From NCBI GenBank assembly GCA_965209155.1, contig OZ242383.1, positions 160,001 through 224,000 on the forward strand: 64,000 nt of DNA, written 5' to 3'. Position numbers and translations under genes: made by a program. The stretch is from a bacterium (GTDB taxonomy: Bacteria; SAR324; NAC60-12). Shown here piece by piece: positions 60,174-64,000 of this stretch. Numbering within the stretch: the first letter of the stretch is position 1; each line of letters starts with the position of its first letter. The notes under the pieces were generated by a model, which saw only the letters and a program-made list of their open reading frames with translations, had not been told where the DNA came from and searched no databases.

Positions 60174-61124
60174 ATGTTTATACAAATAAATAAAAACTGG
60201 GAACTGCCGGAATCCACAGTCACCCCTGAATCCATTTTCCTTAATCGTCGAACTGTATTGAAAGCAGCCGGATTTTCCCTGGCTGCCGGAATGTTGCCCC
60301 CGACTTTTGCGCTGGGTGCGACGGCTGGCTTTCCATCTGAGCCGAATCCCAACTACCAACCAGATCTTACATTGACCAAAGAAGATTTAGTAACGGGATA
60401 CAATAATTTTTACGAATTTTCTTTTAATAAGGAGGATGTGGCCCAGAAAGCCAAGAATTTCGTATCAGAGCCCTGGACCCTGGAAATCAGTGGAATGGTA
60501 AACAGTCCCAAAACTTATGATGTCAATGAATTGGTCGAGAAAATTGGAATCGAACAACGAATTTATCGATTCCGTTGCGTGGAAGCCTGGAGCATGGTCG
60601 TGCCTTGGGATGGGTTCCCTCTTCATAAATTAGTGGAGATGGCGCAACCGACCTCAAAGGCCAAGTTTCTCAAATTCGTTTCGTTTCACGATCCGGACAT
60701 GGCGCCTGGTCAAGTGAGGGCCCCCCATTATCCGTGGCCTTATACGGAAGGACTGACCATTGGGGAAGCCACTAATGAACTGACTCTCATGGTAACCGGT
60801 GTTTATGGCAAACCGGTTCCCAGTCAAAATGGCGCTCCCATACGTCTCATCGTTCCTTGGAAATATGGTTTCAAAAGTATCAAATCGATCACTAAAATCG
60901 AATTTACCGATCAAATGCCGTTGAACCTGTGGAATGAATTGGCCCCGAGAGAATATGGATTTTATGCCAATGTCAACCCGGAGGTGGATCATCCACGATG
61001 GTCACAGAAGACGGAACGTGTCGTGGGCAGCTGGTTCAAACGGCAAGATACGCTCAAATTCAACGGTTACGAGGAGCAAGTGGCGCACCTATACGAAGGA
61101 CTGGATTTGACAAAGTGGTTCTGA
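60174..61124 (+). CDS. msrP: Methionine sulfoxide reductase catalytic subunit
   Basis: Tat RR signal, YNNFYEF, RCVEAWS, NGAPIRL, WKYGFKS. Confidence 0.96.
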   Translation: MFIQINKNWELPESTVTPESIFLNRRTVLKAAGFSLAAGMLPPTFALGATAGFPSEPNPNYQPDLTLTKEDLVTGYNNFYEFSFNKEDVAQKAKNFVSEPWTLEISGMVNSPKTYDVNELVEKIGIEQRIYRFRCVEAWSMVVPWDGFPLHKLVEMAQPTSKAKFLKFVSFHDPDMAPGQVRAPHYPWPYTEGLTIGEATNELTLMVTGVYGKPVPSQNGAPIRLIVPWKYGFKSIKSITKIEFTDQMPLNLWNELAPREYGFYANVNPEVDHPRWSQKTERVVGSWFKRQDTLKFNGYEEQVAHLYEGLDLTKWF

Positions 61125-61127
61125 ATT

Positions 61128-61745
61128 ATGAAATTTCTTGAAATTTTGCTCAGGTCTCCCTGGTTCATCCTGCTCCTGCTGGTCTTACCGGGTGTACTAA
61201 CAATTGTCCAAGGTCTGCAAGGGGGGTTCTTTGCCAATCCAGTGGAATTCGTGCAATTGGAAACTGGTGATACGACCCTCCTTATTTTATTGGTAACTTT
61301 ATGGATTTCTCCCCTGAGGGCGATCTTTCCAAAATCCAGGTTGCTGAAGCTCATCGTACGGCACCGGCGAATGATGGGGGTCAGTTGTTTTGTTTATGCG
61401 CTATTGCACCTCACGATCTACCTCTTGGATTATACGACGCTAGCAGTAATGCTTGAAAACTTCACACGTCCCTTTATCATCAGCGGCGCTTTGGCATTCA
61501 TCATTCTATTGGCAATGGCTATCACCAGTACGAACTGGGCAGTCAAAAAAATGGGATTTAAAAATTGGAAAAACCTTCATCGTTTGGTTTACCTGGCTGT
61601 TTTTCTTGTTTTTCTCCATTTGTTTCTCAAAGAAAAAAGCAACGTCCTGGTAACTTTTCTCTACTTTATTCCACTTCTTCTTGCCGAATGCTACCGGCTG
61701 TATGTTTACAGACTGGCGAATCAACGTAAAATACGTGTTCAATGA
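61128..61745 (+). CDS. msrQ: Methionine sulfoxide reductase heme subunit
   Basis: RRMMG..YALLH, AITS, WKNLHRLVY, LH; follows msrP. Confidence 0.93.
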   Translation: MKFLEILLRSPWFILLLLVLPGVLTIVQGLQGGFFANPVEFVQLETGDTTLLILLVTLWISPLRAIFPKSRLLKLIVRHRRMMGVSCFVYALLHLTIYLLDYTTLAVMLENFTRPFIISGALAFIILLAMAITSTNWAVKKMGFKNWKNLHRLVYLAVFLVFLHLFLKEKSNVLVTFLYFIPLLLAECYRLYVYRLANQRKIRVQ

Positions 61746-61823
61746 GAAAGAAGAGAAGACAAAAGATTTTTTGAATTCAGTTTGCAATAACCAGCGCACT
61801 TCAAGGAATGCTTTAAACCAGGA

Positions 61824-63005
61824 TCATTGATTCTGGTAAAATTCCGAGATTTTTTCCACCACGTATTCTTGCATGGCATAAGTCAGTTCCGGGTAAACAG
61901 GTAGTGCCAGCACCTCACGCGCCGCTTTCTCGGATTCGGGGAAATCTCCTCTACGGTATCCCAGCGATTGGAAGCAGCGTTGCTGGTGAAGAGGGAGGGG
62001 GTAGTACACTCGGGTCTCGATGCTATGGCGTGCTAAATATGCTTGCAGGCCATCCCGTTGAGGGACACGAATGACGTACTGATGATAGATATGATAGTTG
62101 ACGAGATTCATGTTTTTGTAGATGGGAGAAGGTAACTGGATTTGTTGCAACTCACTGTTCCGGAATAAAACAGAATATCGCTCTGCATTACGTTGTCGAG
62201 CTCGGTGCCATTGCTCCAAACTAGAAAATTTGACCGAAAGAACCGCAGCTTGAATCGGATCCATGCGGAAGTTTCCGCCAACCGAATTATGATGGTATCG
62301 GGAACTTTCGCCATGGACGCGCATCTGTTTGAGATGCAATGCCAATTGCTCATCATTAGTCACAACCATCCCTGCATCTCCGACTGCTCCCAGATTTTTA
62401 CTGGGGAAAAACGAGAAACATCCTATCCGTCCCATAACGCCCGCCCGTTTGACTTCTCCGGAAAGGACATATTCCGCCCCAATGGCTTGACCCGCGTCTT
62501 CGATAACTGGAATGTGATAGTGATTTGCCACCGAAAGGATCGGCTCCATATCCGCGCATTGACCATACAAATGCACTGGTATAATGGCTTTGACCGAGTT
62601 TCGTTCGCTCTCCGTCATCCGCTCGAGCAAAAGTTCCAGTTTGCCGGGATCCATATTAAAGGAATCAGGAGATATATCGACAAAAAGGGGAATGGCGTTA
62701 ACCCGGCTAATGACGCCGGCCGTGGCAAAAAAAGAAAAGTCACTGGTGATCACTTTTTCTCCTGGTCCGACATTCAAAACCATCAGGGACAGTAAGAGAG
62801 CGTCTGTTCCGGAAGAGACACCCACTCCGTGGGATGCGCCGGTGTAATTTGCAATGGCTTTTTCAAATGCTTCTATTTCAGGTCCCATAATGAATTGGGT
62901 GGAATCTATCACATCGGTGATGGCGGTGAGGATTTCTGACCTCAAACCAGACAATTGTTCTTTTAGATCCAGTATTGGAACTGCGCTGATTTTTTGATTT
63001 GCCAT
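61824..63005 (-). CDS. DegT/DnrJ/EryC1/StrS aminotransferase
   Basis: SGTDAL, PVHLYGQ, IEDAGQ, SFFPSKNLG. Confidence 0.94.
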   Translation of the reverse strand: MANQKISAVPILDLKEQLSGLRSEILTAITDVIDSTQFIMGPEIEAFEKAIANYTGASHGVGVSSGTDALLLSLMVLNVGPGEKVITSDFSFFATAGVISRVNAIPLFVDISPDSFNMDPGKLELLLERMTESERNSVKAIIPVHLYGQCADMEPILSVANHYHIPVIEDAGQAIGAEYVLSGEVKRAGVMGRIGCFSFFPSKNLGAVGDAGMVVTNDEQLALHLKQMRVHGESSRYHHNSVGGNFRMDPIQAAVLSVKFSSLEQWHRARQRNAERYSVLFRNSELQQIQLPSPIYKNMNLVNYHIYHQYVIRVPQRDGLQAYLARHSIETRVYYPLPLHQQRCFQSLGYRRGDFPESEKAAREVLALPVYPELTYAMQEYVVEKISEFYQNQ

Positions 63006-63068
63006 ACTGCTATTCTATTTACGTGATAACACTTCGTTTAGAAACATGGGATTCCGGTCTGCTGAATT

Positions 63069-63779
63069 TTATAAAAAAATCCAGATATCATATAAAGCGT
63101 GAGTGTAAGCGGCCACCGCAAATCCTCTCAAGAAATAAACAATCGTAAACAACAAGCCTGCCACCCAACGGAATGAAAAGCTGTAAAAGTCAAAAGGGTC
63201 AGACATGCTTCCCACATAATGACTGAGGGAAAATAGAAATGAAGCCATTAAAATAGCTATTGATGCACTCAAAAGAGCATTCTTCAAAATGGGTTTCAGT
63301 CCAAAAAAAAGGGCATTGAGTAGGATCACTCGAAAAACAAACTCTTCAAACAAACCCGCACCCAGTGAGAGCGCAACGTTTTGTAGAAATCCTCCGCTCA
63401 TTGGAACTGCCAGAAAAAATGGACGCAAAATCAAGTTGATCACCGTACCCAAACACAAACTGTAAACAATGGATTCTGCAAACATATATGCGAAATACCG
63501 CTTTTTCAAAGGAGCGTATTTACGATGAACAAACGGAATCAATACGACCAATATGAGAATCATGGCAATAGTGGCTTGTTGGGAGGAAAGACTGAATGTG
63601 GTCAGTATTTCCCGAAGCCAAATATCTGCCGCGTTACGAATCTGCCAGTGTGGATGACGGGTGATCGCTAAAAGAATTTCATATGCGATCAACAGCGGAA
63701 GTGTAGCCACTACAGAATAATAGGGATTATTGGATTCCCGAAAATAACCCTGAATTTTTTTTGATTCATCCATTTTCAA
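63069..63779 (-). CDS. CPBP (Abi/CAAX) intramembrane glutamic protease
   Basis: EE..FR, FSLSH, H..YD. Confidence 0.88.
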   Translation of the reverse strand: MKMDESKKIQGYFRESNNPYYSVVATLPLLIAYEILLAITRHPHWQIRNAADIWLREILTTFSLSSQQATIAMILILVVLIPFVHRKYAPLKKRYFAYMFAESIVYSLCLGTVINLILRPFFLAVPMSGGFLQNVALSLGAGLFEEFVFRVILLNALFFGLKPILKNALLSASIAILMASFLFSLSHYVGSMSDPFDFYSFSFRWVAGLLFTIVYFLRGFAVAAYTHALYDIWIFL

Positions 63780-64000
63780 TTATTGAAAAACTCACTCGAA
63801 TTACACTCAATCTTGAAACTCCCCACTCAATGCATCAAGGATTTGGTCTGGTTGTTCCTGCATCATCATATGCCTACAATTCTTTATGATGACCATTTTG
63901 CTCCTCGATCGCATCGGCAACTGATATTCCTCGTTTTGTGGGAGTCATTCGGTCATTGTCCCCTGCGATGACCAGGGTTCTGCATTTTACTTTCTTTTCA

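Overview
Bacterial chromosomal window (protein style suggests a deltaproteobacteria-related host such as SAR324; inference only). 1-29.7 kb is mostly housekeeping: hisD, prmC, argS, mreB, infA, folP, tRNA-Glu/Ala, rplU, rpmA, trpS, purB, trmB, polA, moeB, hpt, ilvC, rho, rpmE, prfA, polB, pckA. It holds four copies of a ~568 bp transposase-less element with IS200/IS605-like hairpin ends and an inverted-repeat-bracketed four-helix-bundle gene. Two copies flank a folP with a Sul-type two-residue insertion. moeB has an in-frame TGA at a conserved Cys followed by a SECIS-like hairpin (probable selenoprotein). 29.7-59.3 kb is a mosaic accessory region: blaI plus a BlaR1/M56 protease fused to a family-5 ABC solute-binding domain under duplicated operators, duplicated and chimeric ABC and PEP-synthase fragments, IS256 in a vapC pseudogene, a 3.7 kb IS21-family element with two extra ORFs and iteron-like repeats inside a solute-binding protein gene, an RT-deleted group II intron, an Rpn-like gene and many gene remnants. 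The window ends with msrPQ, a DegT aminotransferase and a CPBP protease. All calls come from reading the sequence; no searches were run.
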